DNA of 64,000 bases from Obrimoposthia wandeli (lineage: Eukaryota), in contig CDROCS010002367.1 in NCBI GenBank assembly GCA_977020255.1, forward strand, positions 1-64,000, given 5' to 3'. Shown here one piece after another: positions 9,950 through 20,258 of this stretch. Position 1 is the first letter of the stretch. Each line of letters opens with the position of its first letter. The notes below the pieces were generated by a model. The model ran no database searches. It saw only the letters and a list, made by a program, of their open reading frames with translations, and was not told where the DNA came from. The translations under genes were made by a program, and so were the position numbers.

Positions 9950-12900
9950 AGCGACCAGCAGCTATCATTAGAGTAAATAATTTAAGAGTAAAAGCCTTAA
10001 TTGATACAGGTGCTGTAGCTTCGATAGTAAGTGAAGACTGTTTGACAGAGGAACAGAAACGAACAATGGCAGAACCAGATGAATTCTTGGTATCGGTCAA
10101 TGGAGACCCTGTAAAAGTGACAGGAATATTACCATGTACATTTATAATTGGACGTAATACGATCACTATACCAGTTAGAATCATGAAAGAATGTCCTGAA
10201 CCTACAATTTTAGGAATGGATGTATTATCACAACTCAAAGGGATAAGTATTGATTTACAAGATCCAAGATTGAAGGATAGCACATCAAACAGACAAATAA
10301 ACCAAATTGATGTAATTATAGAGAATCCTATAAAAATCGGTAAAAGATCACAATTTCTCATTCAAGGTCACACATTATCAGAAGATAAAGGACCAGTTGT
10401 GTTCGAACCATCACGAGATTTCATAGAGAAATACGAATTACCAGTTGTGAGTACAGTATGCCTGATCGAAAACCACAAAATACCAGTTAGACTGATGAAT
10501 ACAACCAACAATGACATTCTATTATACAGAGGAATGAGGTTGGGAAAGATAGCACAGATGGAGAATTCCACTGTATGCGCTATGAAACTCGATAAAGATA
10601 CGAATGATTACGAAGAAATAGTAATCCAATCAGAAAGACTGACAACTAGAGAAAAGAAACAATTACTTGATCTAATACATAAATTTCCGAAAGTAATTGC
10701 AAAAAATCCATATGACATAGGAGAAACACCTGTCATAAAACATACAATACCACTGACAGAAGACAAAGTAGTCAGAAGAAGACCATATCGAGTACCATTA
10801 CAATTACAAGATGAAGTAAAAAGTCAGATCGAAGATATGTCTAAAACAGGAGTAATTAGACCGAGTTTTCGCCATTCTCAGCACCTGTGGTGCTGGTAAA
10901 AAAGAAGGATGGGAAAATGAGATTCTGTATAGATTTCAGAGAACTGAACAAGATCACAAGAAAAGATGTGTATCCATTACCTAGAATCGAAGAGATGCTC
11001 GATAAATTGGGTAATTCAGATTATTTTACGACATTAGATTTGCAAAGTGGGTACTGGCAAATCGAGATAGAGGAAGAGGATAAACACAAAACAGCCTTTT
11101 CCTGCGGAGATGGATTATACGAATGCGAAAAGATGCCATTCGGACTGACAGGAGCTCCAGCAACATTTCAGCGTTGCATGAATTTTGTACTCGCATCGTG
11201 TGCAAACACGATGGTTTATATTGATGACATAATAATATTTTCGAAAACGTTCGAAGAACATTTAAAAAATCTGGAAGTTGTATTTAAAAGACTGGAAAAC
11301 GCTAAATTAAAAGTTAAACCTACAAAATGCGAATGGGCTAAAGAGCGAGTAACATTTTTAGGACATATAGTATCGAAAGAAGGCATTCGACCGGATCCAG
11401 CAAAGATCGAGAAAGTAAAAGCGCATTTAGCGCCAAAGACTGTTAAGGAGATACAGAGTTTTTTAGGTCTTGCGAATTATTATAGACGATTTGTTGAACA
11501 TTTTTCAGATATAGCAACACCATTGAGAAAGTTGACGAGGAAAGATGAGAAGTTCATATGGGAGAAGAAGCCCAACAAGCGTTCGAGCATTTAAAAGAAA
11601 GACTGATAAAAGCACCGATATTAGCGTTTCCAGATATAAACCGACAATTCATACTCATGACAGATGCAAGTAACTATGCTGTAGGAGCAGTATTGGGACA
11701 AGAGGATGACGAAGGAAGAGAACACGTCATCGCGTATGCGAGTAGAGGATTAAACAGAGCCGAAAGAGGATACTCTGTTATCGAAAAGGAATGTCTAGCC
11801 ATAGTGTATTCATGTAGACAGTACAGACACTATTTGCTAGGACAAAAAGTATTCCTGTATACAGATCACAAACCACTACAGTTCTTATATAAACATAGAG
11901 ATGAGATGAGTAGATTAAACAGATGGTTTCTAAAATTGGCCGAATTCGATCTAGAAATCCGTTATAGAACCGGAAAGTCGAACGGCAACGCAGATTGTTT
12001 GTCGAGATTGACAAATGTAGACGAGAAAGGAAACATAATTCCAGAAGAAGATGAAACCAATGACCAAAAGGAGAAGCAAATCTACTGACGATTTTGCTAA
12101 AAACGGGTAAAATAGACAAAGAAATCATCAAAGAACAGAAAGAAGATGAAGAGCTGAGTCTAATCAAAGAATTGTTGGTGAAAGGAGATCTAAACGATGA
12201 AATGACGAAAAAATACTCGATAAAAGAAGGAATCTTGTATATTGTCAATAATGTCGGAAAGATAGTAGTAGTAATTCCGAAGTCATTGAAAACAGCAGTG
12301 ATGATCCAGTATCACGACGGAACACTAGGAGGACATCTGTCAGGGCGAAAGACAATAGCCAGAATCAAAGAGAAGTACCATTGGGATGGTATGGAAGACG
12401 ACATAAAACAATGGTGTAAACAATGTAAAGTATGTTTAACCAGAAAAGACACCGGAACTCGTACTAAAGTTCCACTGAAACCAATGCCAGTTCCTTTGGC
12501 ACCAATGGAATTCACAGCGATGGATATATTGGGACCATTGAGAGAATCAAGTAAAGGAAACAAGTACGTCATAGTATTTACAGACTTTATGACGAGATGG
12601 GTAGAAGCATATCCCATGCAGAACCAGAAAGCTGAAACAATAGCGCAGATTTTAGTGGAAGAGATAATATTTCGATACGGAGTGCCTAGAAAGTTGTTAA
12701 CGGATCAAGGTAAGAACTTCACTGGAGAAGTCATAAAAGCAGTATCGAAGATATTCGGAATCATGAAGTTACAAACTTCACCATATCACCCACAGACAGA
12801 TGGTCTGGTAGAAAGGTTTAATAAAACTTTATGTATGATGGTACAATCCTATTGCTCAGACAAGCAAGAGGATTGGGATAAATATTTACCTTCATGTTTA

Positions 12901-13400
12901 TATGCTTACAGGAATTCAGTTCGAGAGGCGACGGGTCACACACCATTCTATCTGATGTATCTCAGACAGAACAATATGCCGATGGATCTGGAGTGGACCG
13001 AGCCAACATCTCAGTACCTAGAAACTGAACAATACATTGTCGTCATGAAGGAAAGATTACAAGATGCTTGGACCAAAGCCGGATTGAAGTTGAAATTCAA
13101 TCAAGAAGGTTACAAGGAACAATACGACAAAAAAGCAAAACCACATGAATTTAGAGTCGGAAATCAAGTGATGATATTTTATCCAGTCATCGAACCAGGT
13201 CTATCGTTTAAACTTCATAGACCATACAAAGGACCATACAAGGTGATCCAGACAACCTCAACAAATTTGAAAGTAATCAACGAAGAGAATCGGAACAAGG
13301 AACCGATGATTGTACATGCAAATCGATGCAAATTAGTACCAAATAAAGATAATGCGTCACGATATGAGTTAAGATCACAGAAATCGAAATCGAATACCAA
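9950..13400 (+). CDS. pol: Pol: aspartic protease 2, reverse transcriptase, RNase H, integrase (breaks at ~10868, ~11560, ~12082)
   Basis: ALIDTGA (DTG 10003); RRRPYRVP; VLVKKKDG.MRFCIDFRELN; YIDD 11217-11228; TDASNYAVGAVL and TDHKPL; IN HHCC, AMDILGP, TDQG, GLVERFN, GPY. Confidence 0.97.
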
Positions 13401-13521
13401 TACCATTAAACTTACACGAATGGTAAGTGATCGGAACTACATAAACATGATGACGAGTGGTAGCGAGAAAAAACCAGCGAGAATTGGTATGCTCAGAATG
13501 AAGTACCAAGAGGAAAAGGAA

Positions 13522-14495
13522 GTAATCCGACACATCGCACCACAAGAGATATTAGAAGAAGACGAAGAGATAATAGTCGTTTTCGAAAAAACACAACCAA
13601 CAGATGTAGCTAAAGAAGTCATTGTGAAAGATGCACTAACAAACGAATTTCTGTGCGAACTTAGAGTGTCATACTATGACGGAAATACACTAGTCGCAGC
13701 GCTTTATCAAAATTCCAATGTGTTTACGACTGAGAAAGTGATAATCGAAATCACATTGACACCAAACATAGTTGCATGGCAGAACTATGACAGTACTGAA
13801 GCAGGACTAGCCAGTCAGGAAGAAAAAGAACCGGCCGGTGGTCACATACTGCATGGTACACCAAAAAGACTCAAACAAGAATACCACGATGTAATAATGG
13901 TATTACGTAATTCACATGGGAAAAGAGATATCATGAGAGTCCATTTAATCGACGCTGACACTGAAAAGATAATTTGTCAGATGGACACCAAATACTTTGA
14001 TGGAAAGACAATTGTATGTTGTATACCAGAATCTCACCGGTTAGACACAGATCAAACGGAAGTATCTGTAAGGTTGAGCGTAATAGAAGGATTCCATTCG
14101 CCAACCCATCCGGAAGTGACTAACAATAAAATCATCAAAGCAACGGCAGAGTTACGCATTGACAGCGGATACCGAAAGTGGGAAGCTAAAATAAAAAACC
14201 ACAAAGAATCAATATGATCCGAGAACAAGTGACCAACTCAATCCAGCCAAAATATCATGCTGAAATAGTATCATCCGCGCCAAGTGTGATCACATCGATA
14301 AACGACGAAATTATAATTTTACTAAAAAATCGATGGCCGTCATCAACCGAAATACGAGTAAATTTAATTAATTATGCGAAAACACCGATATCTAAGCTGA
14401 ATGTTACCTATTTTGATGGATTGTCCATCATGGGTAAATTGGAAACAATTGTCATGTGCTATGGAGCACAGTTCCAAGTTGAGATACTTAAAGAT
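13522..14495 (+). CDS. Three tandem ~80-aa Ig-like (IPT/TIG-like) repeats after integrase
   Basis: Repeats at ~13522, ~13843 and ~14262 share I..xP....(D/E)(I/V)I(V/M/I), a V...D/N segment and Y(Y/F)DG.(T/S)(L/I). The repetition is clear; the IPT fold is inferred. Confidence 0.55.
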
Positions 14496-14951
14496 AGCGT
14501 AATACCATATCCGATTCACAAATACGAAGGGGAAATCAATCCAATTATTCTAACCCCTTCATTAATTTCAGTTCAGACAGACATACCAGAATACCCTTCG
14601 AGCGAGTCTAGTGAAGACAGCGAACCAGAAAGTAACGATACAGAATCAACAGAATCTGAAGATAACATAATAGAGCGATTCGGAAGAACCATGGAGGTTG
14701 AATTCGCTAAAGAGAGCAGAAAAAGACAAAACATAGAATTCGTGAAACAGAATATACAAGAAAGACGAATTAAATCAGCAGAAGAGACCGAGTCGGAAGA
14801 AGACTCAACAAAGGAACAGACACCAGAGACAAAGATGAATATCTCTCCAGCAATACGAATGCTGAGAGGAAAGAAACTGGCGAAACTATCCAACATCGAC
14901 GAACAGATAGAGAAGAGATTAGAAAGACTAAAACTTGAAGAGTCAGAATTA

Positions 14952-15380
14952 ATGCCACCAATGAGTGAGATCATTCCAGGTAAGTTATACCTCGGAAATG
15001 TGGAGGATGCAACAGATGAAAAGAAACTGTTGGAACAAGGGATAACATACGTGATCAACGTTACAATGAATCACAAATCACAATATCAGACAATCAGAGC
15101 TATGACATTAAGAGTAAAAGACTCAATGGACGCTAATCTTCTCGAATGGTTCGTAGAAACAAACGAAATACTTCACAGAGAACTCCGGAACCAAGGAAAA
15201 GTATTGGTACATTGTCAGAAAGGAATTTCTCGATCAGCAACTCTAGTATTAGCATACCTAATAAAGACTAGACGAATGCAGGTACTAGAAGCGCTAAAAT
15301 ACCTACAGGAGAGGAGAAGTATTGCAAACCCAAATCTTAATTTTTTGGGACAGTTGGCAAATTACCAACTTCTGTTGCAA
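14952..15380 (+). CDS. Dual-specificity (MKP/VH1-like) protein phosphatase with intact catalytic motif
   Basis: EIIPGKLYLG...GITYVINVT...VKD...VLVHCQKGISRSATLVLAYL...ANPNLNFLGQL; HCxxGxSRS at 15210-15236. Confidence 0.95.
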
Positions 15381-15477
15381 GAACAAAGACGGATGGATGA
15401 CATTCCTGAGGATCCAAAGGAAAAGAATTTCCTCCAAGCATTATCATTGACCGGGTTATTCTTAGCCGGAGTCGACA

Positions 15478-15900
15478 AAATTACACAGATAATGCCAAAA
15501 GTATTTTTATGTCATCCAGGAGATATAGACACTGCTGGATTAAAGTTCCACAGTATCAACCGAGTAATCAAAATTGTTGAAGTCGGAAACGAGATAATTA
15601 GTCTGTGTCAAAATACTGAAGACGACACCACTCGATACATACATGCTTCCAATCGAGAAATAAACGATGCACAACAACATCTGACGAAATTGACTCAAAC
15701 CATCCAAGCCGAAGTCACAGAAGGAAACGGCGTTCTGATATATCAGAAAAAAGGTACAATGTTAGCGCCAACCATAGGTGTATCCTTGTTGGTAGAGTAC
15801 CATGGTCACACGCCAGAAGAAGCGATGGTCTACATCAAACAGAATAGACCAGATACGGAATTCAAACCGTTACTCGTTCGAGAAATAGAGAAATACACCG
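15478..15900 (+). CDS. Second, catalytically dead DSP-like domain (pseudophosphatase)
   Basis: ITQIMPKVFL...INRVIKI...GNGVLIYQKKGTMLAPTIGVSLL...EEAMVYIKQNRP parallels DSP1 but lacks the catalytic Cys and Arg. Confidence 0.75.
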
Positions 15901-15944
15901 AAAAGAGGAAGCAACAACGAGAAACAAATTAAGCTACAACAACA

Positions 15945-18632
15945 GTGCCCAGCTTTCAATACCAAAGATTGCTAGCGATAGGCTTGTTAAGTTGTCTAAT
16001 GCCGATAACGGGAGCACAGGAGATAGGCTCCAACCACGGAAATAGTTCCTGGTTCAACGAAATCCACAATTACACCATACAGTACCATACGCCGGCACTG
16101 ATGATGCTATTAGTGTTGTTAGGACTAATTGATGTATGGATCATCCGAAAATGTCTTCGATCCGTGAGAACCGACAGTAAAAGATTTCAGTTTGTAAAGA
16201 TGAAAAGACCAAATGGACCAACGAACAAAGTGCTTGTGTATCTAGACGAAAGGATCGAAGACAACATAGTAAATGAAGCGATATTTTACCCACAAAACAG
16301 AATACTGAATCAATTTCGAATAGATTACGAAGCTGACCGACAGCGCACACTTGACCGAATATCAACAACATTCGCCGGATGCAAGCGAAGAAAACTAGTT
16401 GTAAAGGAAATACAAAAAGATGCTGATACAAAAGGACCAACGTATATATTCGACGGCGATGTCATCAAAACACGTGAGTATGGAAGTAAGAGAGTGATAA
16501 TTGAAACAATGGAAGGACATAAAACATGCTTGTCCGCCAAAAATGGATTCGGAAAGTTGACGATACAAGGTAAACCGGTACAGTTGATTATCGGAAGAAA
16601 TGGAATCGAGGAGATGTTAAAACAACGACAGACAACAAAACGATCCAGTCAGAAACAGATATCTCTCAAACGATTGATAATTAAAACCCTTTGCAAAAGG
16701 TCAGTCAAGGCCCTGTGCACCGTTGCACAAGGATTGATTTATGGAGTAGTAATTGGATTGGTACTGCAAGCCATGCCAACCAGTAAAGCCGAATTGATGA
16801 CACTATCCGAATATAATTTACATTTGAGAAATCTAGACAACACCCTAGAAATAATCAAGACATCCCACAGTAAAGCCGTGATGATCATGTGTGTAAAAGG
16901 ATGTCCAGGACGAATGTGTATAGTCCCAGCGACCGAAATGATAACACTTAATGGACATTATGGAATTAGTGTTGTCACATGTGAAGACTACATATTTGGA
17001 CAAACTAAAATAGTACTTCTCAGTGACATGTCCAACCAAAGTGCACACAAATTTAAAATATTAACCATCAAGAGTAAAGGAATACCAGCAGTACGTTACG
17101 GTATTCTAGAATTGGTTAATCCAATACTCGCACTGATCATTGGATTTATAATATTAATATTACTCATCTTGTTTTGTTGTACAAAGATAGAGTTGAGATC
17201 AAAAAAGAAACGTCATGATCTCGCAAGACGAACAGGTCAAATGAACTTACAAAAATTCAACACAATTATACCAAGACCACCATTTCTAGATGAACCAGCA
17301 CCAGAGTACCAGCCAACGATATATGAACATATCGAGGAAAGAACGTACTATATGAGTAATTTGACTTGTTTCATTGAAGTTCCTGAGTTTAGGAATCGAA
17401 CGATCATAGGAATCATGCTGATCATACAAATCACCACTACCAAGGCTAGTTATGAGATCATGATCAGTAAATGGAGACAAGACGTAATACGGGCAGTATA
17501 CATAGAAATCCCCCTTCTAAAAACAAATCACGTAGTAGACATTCATCTACAGATGTCAGCAACCGACAATATCGATCAGAAATTGTATGTCATCCGACAG
17601 GTCAGAATAAAAATCGACCAAAATACACCCGATTACAATTTAATATTATTGTATCATGAAAGAGTGTTATATCTACGGATAACAATATCAAAGAGGAAGC
17701 GGATTATCCAAAGTATCCGAACAAAGTCATTAATATTGCCTAGAGATGAGCGCATCTGGAAAATTGTCGACAGGATTATTATCACAGGTAGACGACGTAA
17801 AGCCGTATGGAATTCCGTTAGGATATTTTTCAGATTGCTAGAAACCGACAGAGTAACAGTAATGTGTTCCAACCCAGATGGCGGAATCAGATTCGAAATC
17901 CAAAGCCAAATGTTAGTACCACATTTTAACACAGAATGTCTGTGTAATCGAATTTCCAGTAATACTACAGAGACCTCGACCATAATCATGATAATAACAG
18001 GTGAAATATTCTACATAACTCTAAGATACCAGAACCGTCGATTTCGTAGATCCGGTATAAGTATCAAACCCAGGAAAATCATTCCCAAAAGGCCAATCCT
18101 AGTCAGAAAGAAGGCAAAAGTAAACGAAAGTAAACGTCATTCCAAAAAACCGACAGTGATCAGAACAAAGACAGAAGCGAAAGAAAAAGAGCTCAATCCC
18201 AGAAACCAAAGTACAATTATTAAGAGGACAAGAGTGAGGGGAACGATCCCACTAGATCCCAAACATCATTTCCAATCCAAAATAATAATACCTGTTCCAT
18301 CAGAAACAAAACACCCAAATCCCCGAATTTTTAGAAAATCGGACATAATACATGGAAACCGATCAAAACCCATGGAAATGTCATTCGAACCGACAAACAA
18401 CAAAATGAAGTATGATTATAAATCATCAGACAGCGGAATAACAGCGGTCAATGCCCTAATTGGAATGGCCGTAGTGTCAACAGCAGTGGTTCTATTGACA
18501 ATCGTGTGCGTGAAAGGCAGTCAAGTATGCCCAAGAATACGACGAAAATGCGAAGGATTGCGATGCTGTGACACACCCACCATGGAGGAAGTGGAATTGC
18601 GACCCTTACCTCCGCCTCCAATCAAGATATGA
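15945..18632 (+). CDS. Unknown multi-membrane-segment protein (signal-peptide / TM / tail units); in frame with the DSP ORF across TAA 15930-32
   Basis: 895-codon open frame with several hydrophobic stretches, signal-like ends (PITGA, PTSKA, TTTKA), Tyr motifs and a Cys- and Pro-rich C-terminal tail. Confidence 0.7.
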   Translation: MPSFQYQRLLAIGLLSCLMPITGAQEIGSNHGNSSWFNEIHNYTIQYHTPALMMLLVLLGLIDVWIIRKCLRSVRTDSKRFQFVKMKRPNGPTNKVLVYLDERIEDNIVNEAIFYPQNRILNQFRIDYEADRQRTLDRISTTFAGCKRRKLVVKEIQKDADTKGPTYIFDGDVIKTREYGSKRVIIETMEGHKTCLSAKNGFGKLTIQGKPVQLIIGRNGIEEMLKQRQTTKRSSQKQISLKRLIIKTLCKRSVKALCTVAQGLIYGVVIGLVLQAMPTSKAELMTLSEYNLHLRNLDNTLEIIKTSHSKAVMIMCVKGCPGRMCIVPATEMITLNGHYGISVVTCEDYIFGQTKIVLLSDMSNQSAHKFKILTIKSKGIPAVRYGILELVNPILALIIGFIILILLILFCCTKIELRSKKKRHDLARRTGQMNLQKFNTIIPRPPFLDEPAPEYQPTIYEHIEERTYYMSNLTCFIEVPEFRNRTIIGIMLIIQITTTKASYEIMISKWRQDVIRAVYIEIPLLKTNHVVDIHLQMSATDNIDQKLYVIRQVRIKIDQNTPDYNLILLYHERVLYLRITISKRKRIIQSIRTKSLILPRDERIWKIVDRIIITGRRRKAVWNSVRIFFRLLETDRVTVMCSNPDGGIRFEIQSQMLVPHFNTECLCNRISSNTTETSTIIMIITGEIFYITLRYQNRRFRRSGISIKPRKIIPKRPILVRKKAKVNESKRHSKKPTVIRTKTEAKEKELNPRNQSTIIKRTRVRGTIPLDPKHHFQSKIIIPVPSETKHPNPRIFRKSDIIHGNRSKPMEMSFEPTNNKMKYDYKSSDSGITAVNALIGMAVVSTAVVLLTIVCVKGSQVCPRIRRKCEGLRCCDTPTMEEVELRPLPPPPIKI

Positions 18633-18755
18633 TAAGTCAGATGAGGTTGTAGATAAATTAGTGTGTGAAATATGTAGAAATGTCTAGAAGCGATTGTACA
18701 AATAGTAGAAATATATAAAACTCATGTAGAAATTAATCATCATCATGTATTTAGA

Positions 18756-19055
18756 ATGTCCGAAGAATGCCCAATATGTTTGGAAGATCTAACCGAACGA
18801 AGAACAAGACCCGAAACCTGCAACCATTTACACCACGAGGAATGTTTATCGACATGGATCAGAACTTATGGACAGTTCGGACATCCAACATACCCTTGTT
18901 GCCCTGTATGCAGAAGACAATTCGCAAGATTCATCATGTTAGAACCCAACCAAGAGGATGTATATGTACAGGTGGTATTCTGTTGGAAGAATTTCGGAGA
19001 GTGTTGGTGTTATTACTGTTTGTCAGAACGACAAAATCCGACCACTTTTGTGTAA
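18756..19055 (+). CDS. RING-H2 protein 1 with extra C-x6-C-x-C-x2-C motif
   Basis: CPIC...CNHLHHEECLSTW...CPVCR; CWKNFGECWCYYC. Confidence 0.88.
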   Translation: MSEECPICLEDLTERRTRPETCNHLHHEECLSTWIRTYGQFGHPTYPCCPVCRRQFARFIMLEPNQEDVYVQVVFCWKNFGECWCYYCLSERQNPTTFV

Positions 19056-19115
19056 ACATCACACAACCACCAGTCCTCAATCGAGCCCAAATTCAACATC
19101 AACCCTCTCACAGTA

Positions 19116-19421
19116 ATGTCTGGAGAATGTTCCATCTGCTACGAGAGCATTGTGGACTTCTACACCAAGCCCAACAACTGCGACCACCTCTTCCACGTCG
19201 AATGCCTCGAGACGTGGATCCCCATTGCCAACAGCAACAATCCCCTCGACTTCCCAACCTGCCCGATGTGCAGAGCGACCTTCTCAGTACACTACGTGTA
19301 CAACCAGGACAGCCTCCAAGCAGTGGTACCCATAGTACACTGCTGGAAAACCATCTGCGATTGCTGGTGCTCGTTCTGCGTGGAGGAGCGAAGCACAGGC
19401 CAGCCCAACTCCCAACAATAA
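19116..19421 (+). CDS. RING-H2 protein 2 with extra C-x6-C-x-C-x2-C motif
   Basis: CSIC...CDHLFHVECLETW...CPMCR; CWKTICDCWCSFC. Confidence 0.9.
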   Translation: MSGECSICYESIVDFYTKPNNCDHLFHVECLETWIPIANSNNPLDFPTCPMCRATFSVHYVYNQDSLQAVVPIVHCWKTICDCWCSFCVEERSTGQPNSQQ

Positions 19422-19760
19422 TCGAAGGTAACTTTCTGACTTGAACGTGACATCATGAACTACCCTGTGTATCGCATACCGCGATAAATTAGCTACCATA
19501 ATTGTAATCATAATTATATAATCTTGTGAACTGTAAATTGACCATTACCATTTTTATGTATGATGTTTAACTGAAAATTGTAATTATTATACTGAAATTC
19601 TAAAAGACAATTTTTATGCTTAGTGTGAATGCGTAAACATGCCTAAAATCGGAACAAAACTCGGTAGGATTAAATAACTAAGGATTCGTTTTGAAATAAA
19701 ATTTAAATTAACGATGAGAACGGTGAACCCCAAATTGAAAGGAGTTATTTTCTTGTGCAG

Positions 19761-20258
19761 ATGAAGTGTACCGTCTGCCTCGAGAAAATTTGGACGGCAT
19801 CGGCATCCCCTGTCGGCTGCCGTCACAAATTCCACGAATCCTGCCTATATACTTGGGCCCGACTTCGACCCGAAGGACACGTCAATTGTCCATTGTGCCG
19901 TACTCCCTTCGCGGAATGGACACTGCAGTGTCGAGGGCGCCACAAGGGCACCCATTCGCTCACCAGCTGTATTGGTGGCGAGCACTGCCATTGCCCCAAT
20001 TGTATCGCGCGCCGTCGCGATGCAAAACTCGCCCTCCGCGAGAAATATCGGTCAACCCGCGACCCTCGCTCATGGCAGCGTGGCCGTCAAATATGGCTCG
20101 GAAATCGCGGAGTACACGGGCGGTACACGACCATTTTTCACCCGAGCCAACATCTCACCATGCACCAGCAGATGATACTGTACAATGGCGGCCCACCATC
20201 GTATCCAGAACTACCACTGGAGCAGGTCTTGCTGTTCCTGAAGGACAGGAACGGTTGA
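19761..20258 (+). CDS. RING-H2 protein 3 with extra C-x5-C-x-C-x2-C motif and basic tail
   Basis: ATG at 19761; CTVC...CRHKFHESCLYTW...CPLCR; CIGGEHCHCPNC. Confidence 0.88.
   Translation: MKCTVCLEKIWTASASPVGCRHKFHESCLYTWARLRPEGHVNCPLCRTPFAEWTLQCRGRHKGTHSLTSCIGGEHCHCPNCIARRRDAKLALREKYRSTRDPRSWQRGRQIWLGNRGVHGRYTTIFHPSQHLTMHQQMILYNGGPPSYPELPLEQVLLFLKDRNG

Noticed and set aside
8220-15058. Antisense ORFs opposite env/pol/DSP (8220-8627, 9510-9857, 9867-10361, 11778-12248, 14573-15058)
   Set aside because: Expected by-product of an A-rich sense strand; no motifs.
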